DNA of 51,739 nt. Source: Escherichia phage vB_EcoS_G29-2. The stretch lies in sequence record NC_049822.1; one strand, written 5' to 3'. Of this stretch, positions 17,882 to 28,717 are shown piece by piece. The translations under genes and the position numbers were made by a program. Every line of letters begins with the position of its first letter. Position 1 is the first letter of the stretch. The notes below the pieces were generated by a model that was given only the letters and a program-made list of their open reading frames with translations, did no database searches and had not been told where the DNA came from.

Positions 17882-18269
17882 ATTAATGCTATCTGCGCGT
17901 AAGGCGCTGGCGACTGAATACGAGAGCAGATTCACGATCTCTTATGAAAACGTAGAGTTTACGCCACCTGGTGACGGTTCGCCGTGGTTGAAGTTTGACT
18001 ATGCCGAAGTTGACACAGAATACTTGTCATTGGATCGAAAATGCGTTTCATATATCGGAATGATTCAGGTTGGCATTGTGTTTCCACCAGGTTACGGAAC
18101 TGACAGGCCGCGCGTTCTAGCTAAAGAGATTGCGCAATTCTTTTACGATGGTAAAATGCTGGAGCATGGTTATATATATGAGGGTGCAAGAGTTCACAAG
18201 CCGCTCAAGAGTGAAAGCGGTTGGCTTCTCCCTATAAGGTTTTATGTTCGAATTGAAACAAAGGAGTAA
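17871..18269 (+). CDS. tail terminator / minor tail protein
   Basis: 132 aa preceding major tail protein. Confidence 0.45.
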   Translation: MHYELMLSARKALATEYESRFTISYENVEFTPPGDGSPWLKFDYAEVDTEYLSLDRKCVSYIGMIQVGIVFPPGYGTDRPRVLAKEIAQFFYDGKMLEHGYIYEGARVHKPLKSESGWLLPIRFYVRIETKE

Positions 18270-18274
18270 AAATT

Positions 18275-18937
18275 ATGCATTTACCAAATGGATCGCAAAT
18301 TTTCGTTGAGAGCAATCGCGGAAGCGCTATTGAGGCAACGGCAGTATCAAACGCTAAAGATCCTGTATTCACCGTTGCATCTGGCGGAACTGCGTACAAG
18401 AAAGGTGATTATGTTATCATCACTGCGTCTTCTTGGGGTAAGCTGATTGATCGTGTTATGCGTGTAAAGACTAACGGTGAAGAAACAAGCGTGACTCTTG
18501 AAGGCGTAGATACTACTGATCAGAACGTTTTTCCGTCTGGCGGCACTGCATCTTTTGCCAAAATTGATGCATGGACTGAGATCCCTTGCGTTCAGGATTT
18601 GTCGCAGGACGGCGGCGAACAGCAATACTACACTTATCAGTGTTTGGCAGACGATCAGGAACAGCAGTTACCTACATATAAGAGCGCTGTTTCTCTTACT
18701 TACACTTTTGCGCACGAATACGATAACGCGATCTATCCGCTATTGCGTTCAGCAGATGAATCAGGCGAAGTGACCGCGCTTCGCATGTATGTACCGAAAG
18801 CGAAAGAGATGCGTTGCTGGGCTGGTGTCCTTTCGTTTAACGAGATCCCACAAACGACCGTTAACGAAATGGAAACTGTTTCCCTGTCTGTATCCCTGAA
18901 AGGTCGATTCACCTTCCTACCTTCTCAAGTAGCATAA
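18275..18937 (+). CDS. major tail protein
   Basis: 220 aa, strong terminator after, immediately upstream of chaperone pair and tape measure. Confidence 0.65.
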   Translation: MHLPNGSQIFVESNRGSAIEATAVSNAKDPVFTVASGGTAYKKGDYVIITASSWGKLIDRVMRVKTNGEETSVTLEGVDTTDQNVFPSGGTASFAKIDAWTEIPCVQDLSQDGGEQQYYTYQCLADDQEQQLPTYKSAVSLTYTFAHEYDNAIYPLLRSADESGEVTALRMYVPKAKEMRCWAGVLSFNEIPQTTVNEMETVSLSVSLKGRFTFLPSQVA

Positions 18938-18942
18938 TCACA

Positions 18943-18968
18943 AGGGGCGTTGCGCCCCTTTTTTTGTT
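18943..18968 (+). terminator. rho-independent terminator after major tail gene
   Basis: AAGGGGCG-TT-GCGCCCCTT + TTTTTTTG. Confidence 0.75.
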
Positions 18969-19003
18969 ACTGTACAATCATGCTACACGATTCATAATCA
19001 ATT

Positions 19004-19024
19004 CTTTTAACAAAAAGTGCTATC
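19004..19024 (-). promoter_or_regulatory. motif copy in inverted orientation upstream of chaperone gene (function unclear)
   Basis: CTTTTAACAAAAAGTGCTATC on + strand immediately before RBS of 19037. Confidence 0.3.
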
Positions 19025-19036
19025 AAGGAGAAAGAA

Positions 19037-19354
19037 ATGTCAAAAATGAAATTAACTCTTGGGCCGCTTCCTGACTTTAAATTACCAGTGAAATTTGCAA
19101 TGCCTAACGGAGAAGATCAAACAATTATCTTCACAGTTCGCCACCGCAAAACAAGTGAGATTCACGAGCGATACACGTCAGACACTCCAATGAGCGATGT
19201 TGAAATGATCACCTTCCTTGCTTCCGGTTGGAATCTTGATGATGAATTTAACGAAGAAAATATTAAACAGCTTCTTGATTACTACCCAGCAACAGCAATC
19301 GGATTAACTAGCGCATACATGAAAGCGCTTGCGGGGCAGCGAGTAAAAAACTAA
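19037..19354 (+). CDS. tail assembly chaperone (G-like)
   Basis: acidic 105 aa directly upstream of tape measure; ends at slippery heptamer. Confidence 0.7.
   Translation: MSKMKLTLGPLPDFKLPVKFAMPNGEDQTIIFTVRHRKTSEIHERYTSDTPMSDVEMITFLASGWNLDDEFNEENIKQLLDYYPATAIGLTSAYMKALAGQRVKN
19345..19351 (+). other. candidate -1 programmed ribosomal frameshift site (A AAA AAC)
   Basis: slippery heptamer in the zero frame of 19037-19354 two codons before stop; -1 frame is open into 19357-19665. Confidence 0.55.
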
Positions 19355-19356
19355 AA

Positions 19357-19665
19357 ATGGCGGTTTACCTGTTTTATCAGAAACCGCCGACAGATGCAGA
19401 GCTTGAGGCCGTTGGCCTTACAAGGGCAGACTATGAAGGAGAAGATCCGCCAGAGGTTATATTTGATGAAAGCATGATGCAATCATGGGATATATTTTGC
19501 GCAATGCAAACGCAATGGAGATGTTCTGGCGGTGGCGCTTACGGATTTGATTATAATGTCTTGCCTATGCTTTTTGAGATTTACAAGGTTGAGGATCGCG
19601 AGATGGCGCTAAACGACTTGCGAATCATGGAGCAAAAAGCACTTGAAATGATGCATTCAAAATAA
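19357..19665 (+). CDS. tail assembly chaperone frameshift extension (GT-like)
   Basis: -1 frame relative to 19037-19354, open from slippery site A AAA AAC at 19345-19351. Confidence 0.6.
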   Translation: MAVYLFYQKPPTDAELEAVGLTRADYEGEDPPEVIFDESMMQSWDIFCAMQTQWRCSGGGAYGFDYNVLPMLFEIYKVEDREMALNDLRIMEQKALEMMHSK

Positions 19666-19687
19666 GCGCCTACGGGCGCTTTTTTAT
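19663..19687 (+). terminator. rho-independent terminator after chaperone genes
   Basis: AGCGCC-TACG-GGCGCT + TTTTTATT. Confidence 0.7.
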
Positions 19688-19704
19688 TACTTGGAGGATT
19701 AATA

Positions 19705-22377
19705 ATGTCAGAACAATACGCAGGCTTGACGCTTGGGGTTGACGTTTCTCAACTAAACAATGCTGTAAAGTCTTTGCAGCAATTCAAGAAGGCAAACGAC
19801 GACGCAAAGGGAAGCGTTGAGAGTTTTGTTGATTCAGAGGTTGTTGCGAGACAAAGAGCCAAACAACTGGCTGAGGAATTGGCAAAGCAGAAGCAAGAAT
19901 TTAAAGCAATTCAGTCGGCAATAGATCCGACAGCAAGCAAAATGGATAAGTTGCGCCAGGCTGCGACACAGCTTGATGCGCTTTGGAAAAAAGGAATTGT
20001 GCCGGATGATACATTCTTTGAGTTAGGATCAATTCTTGAGACGCAGCAAAATAAACTGATCGCAACTAAAAAGGCACTAACTGAAGAAGGCCGAGCAGCG
20101 CTTGAGGAAGCAAAAAATAAGGCAAGAGCAGAGGCTGAGGCAAGAAAGTTCATTGCGGCATTGCAGGCGCAAGCTGACGCAGCGGAAAAAACAAAATCAG
20201 AGCTTGTAGAAATGAGAGCCGCACAACTTGGAGTTAGTGCAGAGGCCGCGCCATTTATTGCAAAAATGAAGGAGCAGGAAAAACAAGCCTCAAAACTTGG
20301 CGTTTCTATGGGGCAGTACAAGCAAGCAATGGCGCAATTGCCAATGCAGATCACTGACGTTGTTACTTCTCTTGCTTCAGGTATGCCAGTGTGGATGATC
20401 GCAATCCAGCAGGGCGGGCAAATCAAGGACTCATTTGGCGGTGTTGCTAACACGTTTAAAGCGCTAATGACATTTGTCACGCCTTTAAGTGTAGGGATGA
20501 CGGCGCTGACTGGTGCTCTTGGTTATGCTGCATATAATGCATACAAAGCAAATGCACAACTGAAGGAGATCACAAAAACCGTTCAGGAGGCAACTGGTCT
20601 TTCTGGTGATTTTGCGGAGCGGATTGCAACTGGAATCCAGGCGCTATCTGACAAGACAGGTGAGAGCGCCGACAATCTGGCAAAGGCATACATAAGCACT
20701 AAGGATGGAGCAACCGAGGCCATACAAAAACTCGTCGATGTTGGATTTACCTATGACGAAGCAAAGGCAAAAGTAAACGAATACAAAAAAGCATCAAGTT
20801 TTGTAAGTCTTAACAATGAAATTGCTGATCACAAAAACAAGGTTCTTGAGCTTGGCGATTCATGGTATGCGGTCTTAAAAGCAAAACGTGATTATGCTTC
20901 ACCGTCCGGCGGGCTGTTGGGGAAAGAGCTTGGTTATGTGAATCCAATGCTGCAATTTGCGAAAAACACCTATGAGGATATAGGAAAGATCGTAAAAGAT
21001 GCGAATAAGGATATGGCGGAACGAGCAGCACGCATCGACAGAGAAAATCTTTCCTTAAACAGAGTTCGAGCGGCGCAAGAGGCTTTAAACAAAGCCATAG
21101 AGGATCAGAAAAATGTAGCAAGGACAGCAGACGAAGAGTTGAAAAAACGAGCGGCTGAGAACGTGGAGTTCAGGCGAAAAGAGCTTGAAGAGGCGAAGAA
21201 GGCACAGCAGCAAAAGGAGAAAGTTGGCGGAGTTGTAAAAGCACCAACAGAGCAGCTTGATAAGGAGCTATATGTGCTCAAGGCGCAACTTGAAACGCTG
21301 AAAGAGCACCGAACTGTAAATGATGTTATTTCACGCCAGAGGCAATCTTTGTGGAGTATTGAAAAGCAGATCCAGATCCTAGAGGAAGCGCAAAGCAAAC
21401 GTAAGCTGACAAAAGCGGAACAGGCGTTACTAAACGAGCAAAAAACAGTTCTTGCTATGGCAAAAGAAAAGGCAGAGATAGGCGATCAGATTGTTTTGCA
21501 ACAGAGAAAGAACAAGCAATACCAGGAAGGGCTAAAGTTCATTCAGCAAACTTCAGATGCCATTGATGCTATGAACTTGCGACAGTCTGGAGCTACAGAT
21601 CTGCAAATCCAGCGAGAGCTTGAATTGAAAAAGTTGCGAACTGATTATGTTGCTGGCGGAGGTAGTATCGACGATGAAATTTATCAGCAGATGGAAGCAA
21701 AGCTGAAAGAGTATTACGCCACTGAGGATCAGCTAAGAAATAACTGGATTGCAGGAGCAAAAAACGCATGGGAGGTTTACGGACAAGATGCAATGGATAT
21801 GTACGGAAACGTGCAAGATATTGCAAGCGAGGCGCTCAACGGTCTAACCAACCAAATGGCTACATTCCTTGCAACAGGCAAGGCAAACTTTAAGAGCTTC
21901 GCAACGTCAATCATCCAAATGATTATCCAGATGATCACAAAGATGGTTATCTTTAATGCCATATCTGGTGCGATTGGCGGTGACACTTGGACGATTGGGA
22001 GCCTTCTTAAAAATGTTGGATTTGCAACTGGTGGATACACTGGCGACGGCGGGAAGTATGAGCCAGCAGGTGTTGTTCATAAAGGCGAGTTTGTCATGAC
22101 TAAGGAGGCCACGAAGCGGATCGGGGTTGGAAATCTTTACAAAATGATGCGCGGTTATGCAAATGGCGGCGTTGTTGGCGGAACTTCATACACTGGCGGC
22201 GGAGTTTCATCTGGAGCAACAAATCTTAATATTGGCGGGATCAGCGTTGATATTAACAACGGAAGCGATCCGAAAGGGTTGGAGACTGGCGTAAAAATGA
22301 TTTTCACTGATATGATTAAGCGTTCCTGTACGCAGGGTGGGGAAGTTTACGAATTTGTTATGTCTAAGCGGGGGTGA
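19705..22377 (+). CDS. tail tape measure protein
   Basis: 890 aa, extensive coiled-coil, Gly-rich C-terminus; position. Confidence 0.85.
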   Translation: MSEQYAGLTLGVDVSQLNNAVKSLQQFKKANDDAKGSVESFVDSEVVARQRAKQLAEELAKQKQEFKAIQSAIDPTASKMDKLRQAATQLDALWKKGIVPDDTFFELGSILETQQNKLIATKKALTEEGRAALEEAKNKARAEAEARKFIAALQAQADAAEKTKSELVEMRAAQLGVSAEAAPFIAKMKEQEKQASKLGVSMGQYKQAMAQLPMQITDVVTSLASGMPVWMIAIQQGGQIKDSFGGVANTFKALMTFVTPLSVGMTALTGALGYAAYNAYKANAQLKEITKTVQEATGLSGDFAERIATGIQALSDKTGESADNLAKAYISTKDGATEAIQKLVDVGFTYDEAKAKVNEYKKASSFVSLNNEIADHKNKVLELGDSWYAVLKAKRDYASPSGGLLGKELGYVNPMLQFAKNTYEDIGKIVKDANKDMAERAARIDRENLSLNRVRAAQEALNKAIEDQKNVARTADEELKKRAAENVEFRRKELEEAKKAQQQKEKVGGVVKAPTEQLDKELYVLKAQLETLKEHRTVNDVISRQRQSLWSIEKQIQILEEAQSKRKLTKAEQALLNEQKTVLAMAKEKAEIGDQIVLQQRKNKQYQEGLKFIQQTSDAIDAMNLRQSGATDLQIQRELELKKLRTDYVAGGGSIDDEIYQQMEAKLKEYYATEDQLRNNWIAGAKNAWEVYGQDAMDMYGNVQDIASEALNGLTNQMATFLATGKANFKSFATSIIQMIIQMITKMVIFNAISGAIGGDTWTIGSLLKNVGFATGGYTGDGGKYEPAGVVHKGEFVMTKEATKRIGVGNLYKMMRGYANGGVVGGTSYTGGGVSSGATNLNIGGISVDINNGSDPKGLETGVKMIFTDMIKRSCTQGGEVYEFVMSKRG

Positions 22378-22730
22378 TAGTGAAACTTGAGCAATTCAAA
22401 TGGTGCACGCAAACGCAAGGAGGCGGCGGCACTATGACCACATCAAATAACGACAGGGAAATCTCATTTGGTAATGGTTACACGCAGGTTGCGTCAGGAG
22501 GGTTTAACACGGTACGCAGGGAGTTTTCCATTGTCTATGTTGGCAAGGATTACAGAGACGTTGTTGACTTCCTGAATGGGCACAGGCTGAAGCCGTTTTT
22601 ATGGTTCATGCCTGACGGTCAGCCTGGTCTATTCAGGGTTAAATCCGGTAGCGTTGGATTAACTCCAATATCAGCAACCGTTCAGGAAGTGAAAGCAACA
22701 TTTACTGAGCAATTTACATCAATGCAATAA
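22374..22730 (+). CDS. minor tail protein (lambda gpM-like)
   Basis: [16 protein letters not shown] matches lambda M VRFGDGYSQRAPAGLN; alternative start ATG 22434 with RBS GGAGG. Confidence 0.7.
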   Translation: MIVKLEQFKWCTQTQGGGGTMTTSNNDREISFGNGYTQVASGGFNTVRREFSIVYVGKDYRDVVDFLNGHRLKPFLWFMPDGQPGLFRVKSGSVGLTPISATVQEVKATFTEQFTSMQ

Positions 22731-22734
22731 TTCA

Positions 22735-22759
22735 AGCCGCCTTTGTGCGGCTTTTTTAT
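22735..22759 (+). terminator. rho-independent terminator
   Basis: GCCGC-CTTTGT-GCGGC + TTTTTTATT. Confidence 0.7.
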
Positions 22760-22791
22760 TGATGATACAATGTACGAAAGGAGGTGCAATT

Positions 22792-23553
22792 ATGGCTAAT
22801 GAAACAACAGGTCGCGCGGATCTTGAAAATTGTCTGCAAAGCCTTTACCCTGGCGAGATTATCACGCTAATTGAAATTGACGGCACAAAGTTTGGCGCAA
22901 ACATTTACCGCATACACAATGAGAACATCTCATACACTGCGGAAGAATTATTGCAGGCGCGAGAAACTGGAGTTCTTCCGCCGAAAGAGATTACATTCCG
23001 TGGTGAGGTTTACGGCGCGCGCCCGTTCGGAATATCTGGAATCAACTTCACAAGCAACGGAAAGGCTGATAAGCCACAATTGATACTATCAAACCTTGAT
23101 AGCCAGGTGAGTGCGATGATTCGCAACTTTAACGGCATGATGCAAGCTAAGGTTACAATCTGGATCACTCCAACGGAATTAATGGGGAAAGATGGCAGCA
23201 TTAAAGATGGCGCTTCAAGAAAGCTGGTTTATTACATTGAGCGCCCAAGCCATTACAATAGGATGATGGCAAAATTTGATCTGACATCGCCTTATGATAT
23301 GGATGGAATAATGATTCCTCCGCGAATAACTCAAAGCGTTTGTTATTGGGCGCAGCGTGGATGGTATCGAAGCGGAAAAGGTTGCGGATACAATGGATCG
23401 CGAATGTTTGACAAAGACAACAATCCTGTAACCGATCCATCTCAAGACTTTTGCGCAGGAACTGTAACAGCGTGCAAACTTCGTTTTGGTGCAGATCAGC
23501 AGCTTGATTTTGGCGGCGCACCAGTAGCAAGCCTGTTAAGGAGAAACCAGTAA
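22792..23553 (+). CDS. minor tail protein (lambda gpL-like)
   Basis: C-terminal CYWAQRGWYRSGKGCGYNG resembles lambda L Cys motif; RBS AAAGGAGG. Confidence 0.7.
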   Translation: MANETTGRADLENCLQSLYPGEIITLIEIDGTKFGANIYRIHNENISYTAEELLQARETGVLPPKEITFRGEVYGARPFGISGINFTSNGKADKPQLILSNLDSQVSAMIRNFNGMMQAKVTIWITPTELMGKDGSIKDGASRKLVYYIERPSHYNRMMAKFDLTSPYDMDGIMIPPRITQSVCYWAQRGWYRSGKGCGYNGSRMFDKDNNPVTDPSQDFCAGTVTACKLRFGADQQLDFGGAPVASLLRRNQ

Positions 23554-24284
23554 TGATTAGTGCAAAGATAAAACTTGAAATAATGCAGCACGTAAAAGAT
23601 GAATACCCGCGCGAGGCGTGCGGGGTTATCACTCAAAAGTCGCGGGTACAGAAATATCACCGAATAACAAACGTGCATGATGATCCTGAAAATCATTTTG
23701 AGATGAACGCAATTGAATACGTTGAGGCGTGTGAAAGTGGCGAGATTATTGCTGTTGTGCATAGCCACACTGGGGACGGGGCAAGTACAATTCCAAGCGC
23801 CCATGATACATGCATGTGTGATGAAATGGGTGTTTCATGGGTTATTGTGTCATGGCCAGAAGGTGATATGAGAATCATTGAGCCTGAATCTCGTCCTCTT
23901 ATTGGTCGCCCGTGGTCGCTTGGGGCGTATGATTGCTGGGGGCTTATTATGGCATGGCACAAACAACATGGCGTTATCCTGAATGATTTCAGGAAACCAT
24001 ATGAATGGTGGAAGCCTGAGCACGGCGAAAATCTTTACCAGGAAAATTATCTGAAAGAAGGTTTTGTTGAAACAGGAGAGACGCCAAAACCTGGTGATAT
24101 GGTTATCTTTCAGCTTTCCGCTCCAGTGTGGAATCATGCAGGTATTTATCTTGGCAACAATCAGTTGCTTCATCATGCCTTTGGTAAGTTGTCGAGGGTT
24201 GATTTGTATTCTGGATGGTATCAGGAACATGCAAAAATGGTTTGTAGACATAAGGATCTGAAATATGACTTTGAAGGTAATTAA
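23553..24284 (+). CDS. tail assembly protein (lambda gpK-like, JAB/MPN + NlpC/P60)
   Basis: HSHTGDGAS...HD metalloprotease-like motif and downstream Cys/His region. Confidence 0.7.
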   Translation: MISAKIKLEIMQHVKDEYPREACGVITQKSRVQKYHRITNVHDDPENHFEMNAIEYVEACESGEIIAVVHSHTGDGASTIPSAHDTCMCDEMGVSWVIVSWPEGDMRIIEPESRPLIGRPWSLGAYDCWGLIMAWHKQHGVILNDFRKPYEWWKPEHGENLYQENYLKEGFVETGETPKPGDMVIFQLSAPVWNHAGIYLGNNQLLHHAFGKLSRVDLYSGWYQEHAKMVCRHKDLKYDFEGN

Positions 24285-24861
24285 ATTATCTGGATCTTTA
24301 GGCCGAAGATTTGGAGTATTTCATAAGCTGGCTGTTGATTCATACCCCGAGGCAATACGCGCACTATCTTCGCAGGTGGAAGGATTCAAGGACTACATGC
24401 AAAGCGAAGTAGGATCGCGAATGCGTTACGCTGTATTTGTTGACGGTAAGAATGTAGGACAGCACGATGAAAAATCGTGGCAATGCGCAAAGGAAGTGAG
24501 GATTATTCCAATCCCAACAGGTTCAAAGTCTGGCGGGTTGTTTCAGGTTGTTCTTGGCGCGGTTATTATGGCGACTGCATTTTTCACTGGCGGCGCTTCA
24601 CTTGCGTTGATGGGTGCTTTTGCATCGTCTGCTTTCATGATGGGTGGAGCAATGGTACTTGGCGGAGTAATGCAAATGATCTCACCGCAGCAAGGAGGAT
24701 CAAGATTGTCATCTCAATCAGCAGAAAACAAGCCGTCTTATGCTTTCGGTGGCGCTGTTAACACAACCGCAGCAGGATACCCGATACCATTGCCATACGG
24801 TCAAAGGACCGTCGGCGGAGCTATCTGGTCGGCTGGGAGTTATGCAGAAGATAAGGCTTAA
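24265..24861 (+). CDS. tail assembly protein (lambda gpI-like)
   Basis: KSGGLFQVVLGAVIMATAFFTGG matches lambda I KSGGVFQIVLGAAAIAGSFFTAG. Confidence 0.75.
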   Translation: MTLKVIKLSGSLGRRFGVFHKLAVDSYPEAIRALSSQVEGFKDYMQSEVGSRMRYAVFVDGKNVGQHDEKSWQCAKEVRIIPIPTGSKSGGLFQVVLGAVIMATAFFTGGASLALMGAFASSAFMMGGAMVLGGVMQMISPQQGGSRLSSQSAENKPSYAFGGAVNTTAAGYPIPLPYGQRTVGGAIWSAGSYAEDKA

Positions 24862-24869
24862 TATAAAAG

Positions 24870-24897
24870 AGTCGCGCGTTGCGCGGCTTTTTTTTTG
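24870..24897 (+). terminator. rho-independent terminator before J gene
   Basis: GC-rich hairpin GTCGCGCG..CGCGGC + T9. Confidence 0.6.
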
Positions 24898-24941
24898 CCC
24901 GTATAATTCAACAAATCAAATAGCACAAAAGGTGAAAAAGC

Positions 24942-27900
24942 ATGGCTGAAAATATGATAACGGGCAGTAAGGGTGGATCATCAAAACCTTATGTTCCGAA
25001 AGAGATGGAAGATAACCTGATCTCAATCAACAAAATCAAAATCCTTCTTGCCGTTTCAGATGGCGAGTGCGATCCAGATTTTACACTTCGGGATCTGTAT
25101 CTTGATGATGTTCCGGTAATTGCAGACGACGGAACTGTTAACTACCAGGGTGTGAAAGCTGAATTTCGACCTGGAACGCAGACGCAAGATTACATCCAGG
25201 GGTTTACTGACACATCAAGCGAAGTGACGCTGGCGCGTGACATTACTACATCAAATCCTTATGTAATTTCTGTAACCAACAAAACATTATCGGCTATCAG
25301 AATCAAAATGCTAATGCCAACAGGCATTAAGCAAGAGGACAACGGCGATCTTGTCGGCGTTAAGGTCACTTATGCTGTTGATATGGCTGTTGACGGAGAC
25401 TCTTACAAAGAAGTATTGCGAGACACTATCGAAGGTAAAACACGTTCAGGTTACGATAGAAGCCGAAGGATTGACCTTCCGTCATTTAATGATCGCGTAT
25501 TACTTAGGGTTAGAAGGGTTACGGCAGACAGCGCATCTTCTCGTGTTACTGATCTTATTAAGCTACAAAGTTACGCTGAGGTTATTGATGCAAAATTCCG
25601 TTACCCTCTGACTGGTCTTGTATACGTTGAATTTGACAGTGAATTGTTTCCTAACCAGATCCCAAATATTTCAATCAAGAAAAAGTGGAAACTGATTAAT
25701 GTACCAAGCAACTATGATCCTGTATCCAGAGAGTATAGAGGTTCATGGGATGGAACATTCAAAAAAGCCTGGTCAAATAATCCAGCATGGGTGCTTTACG
25801 ACATCATTACAAATCAGCGTTATGGATTAGATCAGAGAGAGCTTGGTGTACAGGTTGATAAGTGGAGTCTTTACGAAGCTGCGCAATACTGCGATCAGAA
25901 AGTTCCAGACGGAAAAGGAGGCACAGAGCCACGCTATCTATGTGATGTTGTTATCCAGAGTCAGATTGAGGCTTATCAGCTTATTCGTGACATTTGCTCT
26001 ATCTTCCGTGGAATGAGCTTTTGGAATGGCGAGAGTTTGTCAATCGTTATTGATAAACCACGCGATCCATCTTACATCTTCACAAATGATAACGTTGTTG
26101 ATGGTGATTTCCAGTATACGACGGCAAGCGAAAAGAGCATGTACACTCAGTGCAACGTGACGTTCGACGACGAACAAAACATGTATCAACAGGACGTAGA
26201 GGGAGTATTCGACACAGAGGCAGCATTGCGCTTTGGATACAATCCTACAAGCATAACCGCGATCGGATGTACACGCAGGAGTGAGGCTAATCGGCGCGGT
26301 CGATGGATACTAAAAACCAACTTGCGCAGCACTACGGTAAACTTTGCTACTGGACTGGAAGGCATGATCCCATCAATAGGTGATGTGATTGCTATTGCTG
26401 ACAATTTTCACAGCAGCAACCTTAAATTAAACCTATCAGGGCGCGTGATGGAAGTTTCCGGCTTGCAGGTGTTCGTTCCGTTTAAGATTGACGCGCGACC
26501 AGGTGATTTCATTATCATCAACAAGCCGGACGGAAAGCCAGTTAAGCGCACAATCTCAAAGGTAAGCGGTGACGGAAAAACAATTGAGCTAAACATCGGG
26601 TTTGGGTTTGAAGTTAAGCCGGATACAGTTTTTGCAATCGACCGCACTGATATTGCATTGCAGCAATACGTTGTAACGAGTATCGGCAAAGGTGATGATG
26701 ATGATGAATTTACATACTCCATCACGGCTGTTGAATATGACCCGAACAAATACGACGAGATTGATTATGGAGTAAACATTGACGACAGGCCAACTTCAAT
26801 TGTCCAGCCTGACACAATGGCAGCGCCTGAAAATGTGCAAATATCCTCCTACTCGCGAATTGTCCAGGGTGCAAGCGTTGAAACAATGGTTGTGTCGTGG
26901 GATAAAGTACCTTACGCATCGCTGTATGAAATGCAGTGGCGAAAAGGTGATGGCAACTGGCTGAATACACCACAGACTGCAAACAAAGAAATTGAGGTTG
27001 AAGGTATTTATTCAGGAAACTACCAGGTAAGGGTTAGATCTGTTTCTGCTTCAGGTTCGACGTCGCCGTGGTCCAGAATTGTAACAGCTTCACTGACTGG
27101 TAAGGTAGGGGAGCCAGGCGCGCCAGTTAACTTAACTGCATCCGACAATGAGGTGTTTGGCATTCGTGTTAAGTGGGGGATGCCAGAAGGCAGCGGAGAC
27201 ACGGCATACATTGAGCTTCATCAGTCGCCGGATGGAACGGCTGAAAACTCAAGCCTGTTAACTCTGATCCCATATCCACAATATGAATACTGGCACGGTA
27301 CGCTTCCGGCTGGTCATGTTGTATGGTATAGAATCCGCAGTGTTGACAGAATCGGCAACGTTTCCGGATGGACTGATTTTGTTAGAGGCATGGCTTCAGA
27401 TGATGTGGAGGCTGTTTTAGGCAATATTCTTGATAAGATTTTTGATACCGAAGCAGGGAAGGATCTGAAAGAGAATGCCATTGATAGCGCAAACAAAATC
27501 AAGGATCAGGCGCAAAGCATCATTCAAAACGCATTGGCGAATGATGCAGACGTTAGGATTATGAGGAAGGAAAACGGAAAACGCAAAGCCGAATTCAGGC
27601 AATCAATACAGTTGATCGCAGATGAAACTGAGGCGCGCGTTACCGCAATGACGCAACTCAAGGCTGAATTTGACGAGGAAATAACTAGCGAAGTAACGAG
27701 GCTTGATCAGGCAATTGCAACAGAATCGGAAACGCGAGCAACAGCCATTGAGGAATTGAAATCACAGATTGGAGATGATATTCAGGGGCAGTTAACGAGA
27801 GTTGAGGAGGCGATTGCAAGCGAAACAGAGGCGCGCGTTTCTGCTGACACAGCATTAACAGCGAAGTTTGGAGATGTTGAATCAGCGCTGACGGAAAAAC

Positions 27901-28367
27901 TTGATTCATGGGCTGGCGTTAATGGAGTTGGCGCACAGTACGCAATGAAACTTGGATTGACATACAACGGTCAGAAGTACAGTGCTGGTATGGTGATGCA
28001 GCTTTCGCAGGGTTCATCCGGCCTTATTTCGCAGATTTTGTTTGATGCGAACAGGTTCGCTATCATGACAAGTTCGACCGGAGGGTCGTATACATTGCCT
28101 TTTGTGGTTGAAAATAACCAAGTTTTCATTAACAGCCTGTTAGTGAAAAACGGATCAATCACAAACGCCATGATCGGTAACTTCATCCAATCAAACAATT
28201 ACGTTTGGAATCAAACAGGATGGAGGCTGGATAAAAACGGAACGTTTGAAAATTATGGTTCTACTCCTGGAGAGGGGGCCATGAAAATGACAAACGAAAC
28301 GATCAGCGTTAGGGATGCAAACGGCGTTTTGCGTGTTCAGATTGGTAGGCTTACTGGTACGTGGTAA
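24942..28367 (+). CDS. tail tip / host-specificity protein (lambda gpJ-like)
   Basis: 1141 aa following K/I genes; coiled-coil repeats; terminator after. Confidence 0.85.
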   Translation: MAENMITGSKGGSSKPYVPKEMEDNLISINKIKILLAVSDGECDPDFTLRDLYLDDVPVIADDGTVNYQGVKAEFRPGTQTQDYIQGFTDTSSEVTLARDITTSNPYVISVTNKTLSAIRIKMLMPTGIKQEDNGDLVGVKVTYAVDMAVDGDSYKEVLRDTIEGKTRSGYDRSRRIDLPSFNDRVLLRVRRVTADSASSRVTDLIKLQSYAEVIDAKFRYPLTGLVYVEFDSELFPNQIPNISIKKKWKLINVPSNYDPVSREYRGSWDGTFKKAWSNNPAWVLYDIITNQRYGLDQRELGVQVDKWSLYEAAQYCDQKVPDGKGGTEPRYLCDVVIQSQIEAYQLIRDICSIFRGMSFWNGESLSIVIDKPRDPSYIFTNDNVVDGDFQYTTASEKSMYTQCNVTFDDEQNMYQQDVEGVFDTEAALRFGYNPTSITAIGCTRRSEANRRGRWILKTNLRSTTVNFATGLEGMIPSIGDVIAIADNFHSSNLKLNLSGRVMEVSGLQVFVPFKIDARPGDFIIINKPDGKPVKRTISKVSGDGKTIELNIGFGFEVKPDTVFAIDRTDIALQQYVVTSIGKGDDDDEFTYSITAVEYDPNKYDEIDYGVNIDDRPTSIVQPDTMAAPENVQISSYSRIVQGASVETMVVSWDKVPYASLYEMQWRKGDGNWLNTPQTANKEIEVEGIYSGNYQVRVRSVSASGSTSPWSRIVTASLTGKVGEPGAPVNLTASDNEVFGIRVKWGMPEGSGDTAYIELHQSPDGTAENSSLLTLIPYPQYEYWHGTLPAGHVVWYRIRSVDRIGNVSGWTDFVRGMASDDVEAVLGNILDKIFDTEAGKDLKENAIDSANKIKDQAQSIIQNALANDADVRIMRKENGKRKAEFRQSIQLIADETEARVTAMTQLKAEFDEEITSEVTRLDQAIATESETRATAIEELKSQIGDDIQGQLTRVEEAIASETEARVSADTALTAKFGDVESALTEKLDSWAGVNGVGAQYAMKLGLTYNGQKYSAGMVMQLSQGSSGLISQILFDANRFAIMTSSTGGSYTLPFVVENNQVFINSLLVKNGSITNAMIGNFIQSNNYVWNQTGWRLDKNGTFENYGSTPGEGAMKMTNETISVRDANGVLRVQIGRLTGTW

Positions 28368-28373
28368 AATCAA

Positions 28374-28397
28374 AGCGGGGCATTTGCCCCGCATTTA
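28374..28397 (+). terminator. terminator-like hairpin after J
   Basis: GCGGGG-CATTT-GCCCCGC + ATTTAT. Confidence 0.5.
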
Positions 28398-28410
28398 TGG
28401 AGGTTTAATA

Positions 28411-28716
28411 ATGGCTGAATATGGTGTTTCAACGTGGGATGCTAACGGGAAGTATAACAACTACGGAATCAAGCCAGTTTCCGTTGTTGGTGTCATTAGC
28501 CTTGCGGCTGGTCAGACAAGCGGATCGTGGAGCTTTAGCATTCCAAGTGGTTTTAAGGTTGGGTATGTTGTTTCGCTTGATGAGGGTGCTAGAGGGGTTG
28601 GAAGGGAAATAGTAGCATCTGGAAACACAATAAGAATCAGTCCTACATCTTCAGTTGGTGCAAATAGATATTCTTCTTCAAAGTGTGAGTTAGTTGTTTT
28701 TCTTGAGAGGGCTTAA
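28411..28716 (+). CDS. hypothetical tail-associated protein (MAEYG paralog 1)
   Basis: RBS GGAGG; N-terminus MAEYGVSTWDANGK shared with next gene. Confidence 0.55.
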   Translation: MAEYGVSTWDANGKYNNYGIKPVSVVGVISLAAGQTSGSWSFSIPSGFKVGYVVSLDEGARGVGREIVASGNTIRISPTSSVGANRYSSSKCELVVFLERA

Positions 28717-28717
28717 A

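Noticed and set aside
19911-21398. Several minus-strand and alternate-frame ORFs inside the tape measure gene
   Set aside because: Embedded in a long, well-supported coding frame; Ala/Ser-rich translations are typical of antisense reading of a coiled-coil gene.
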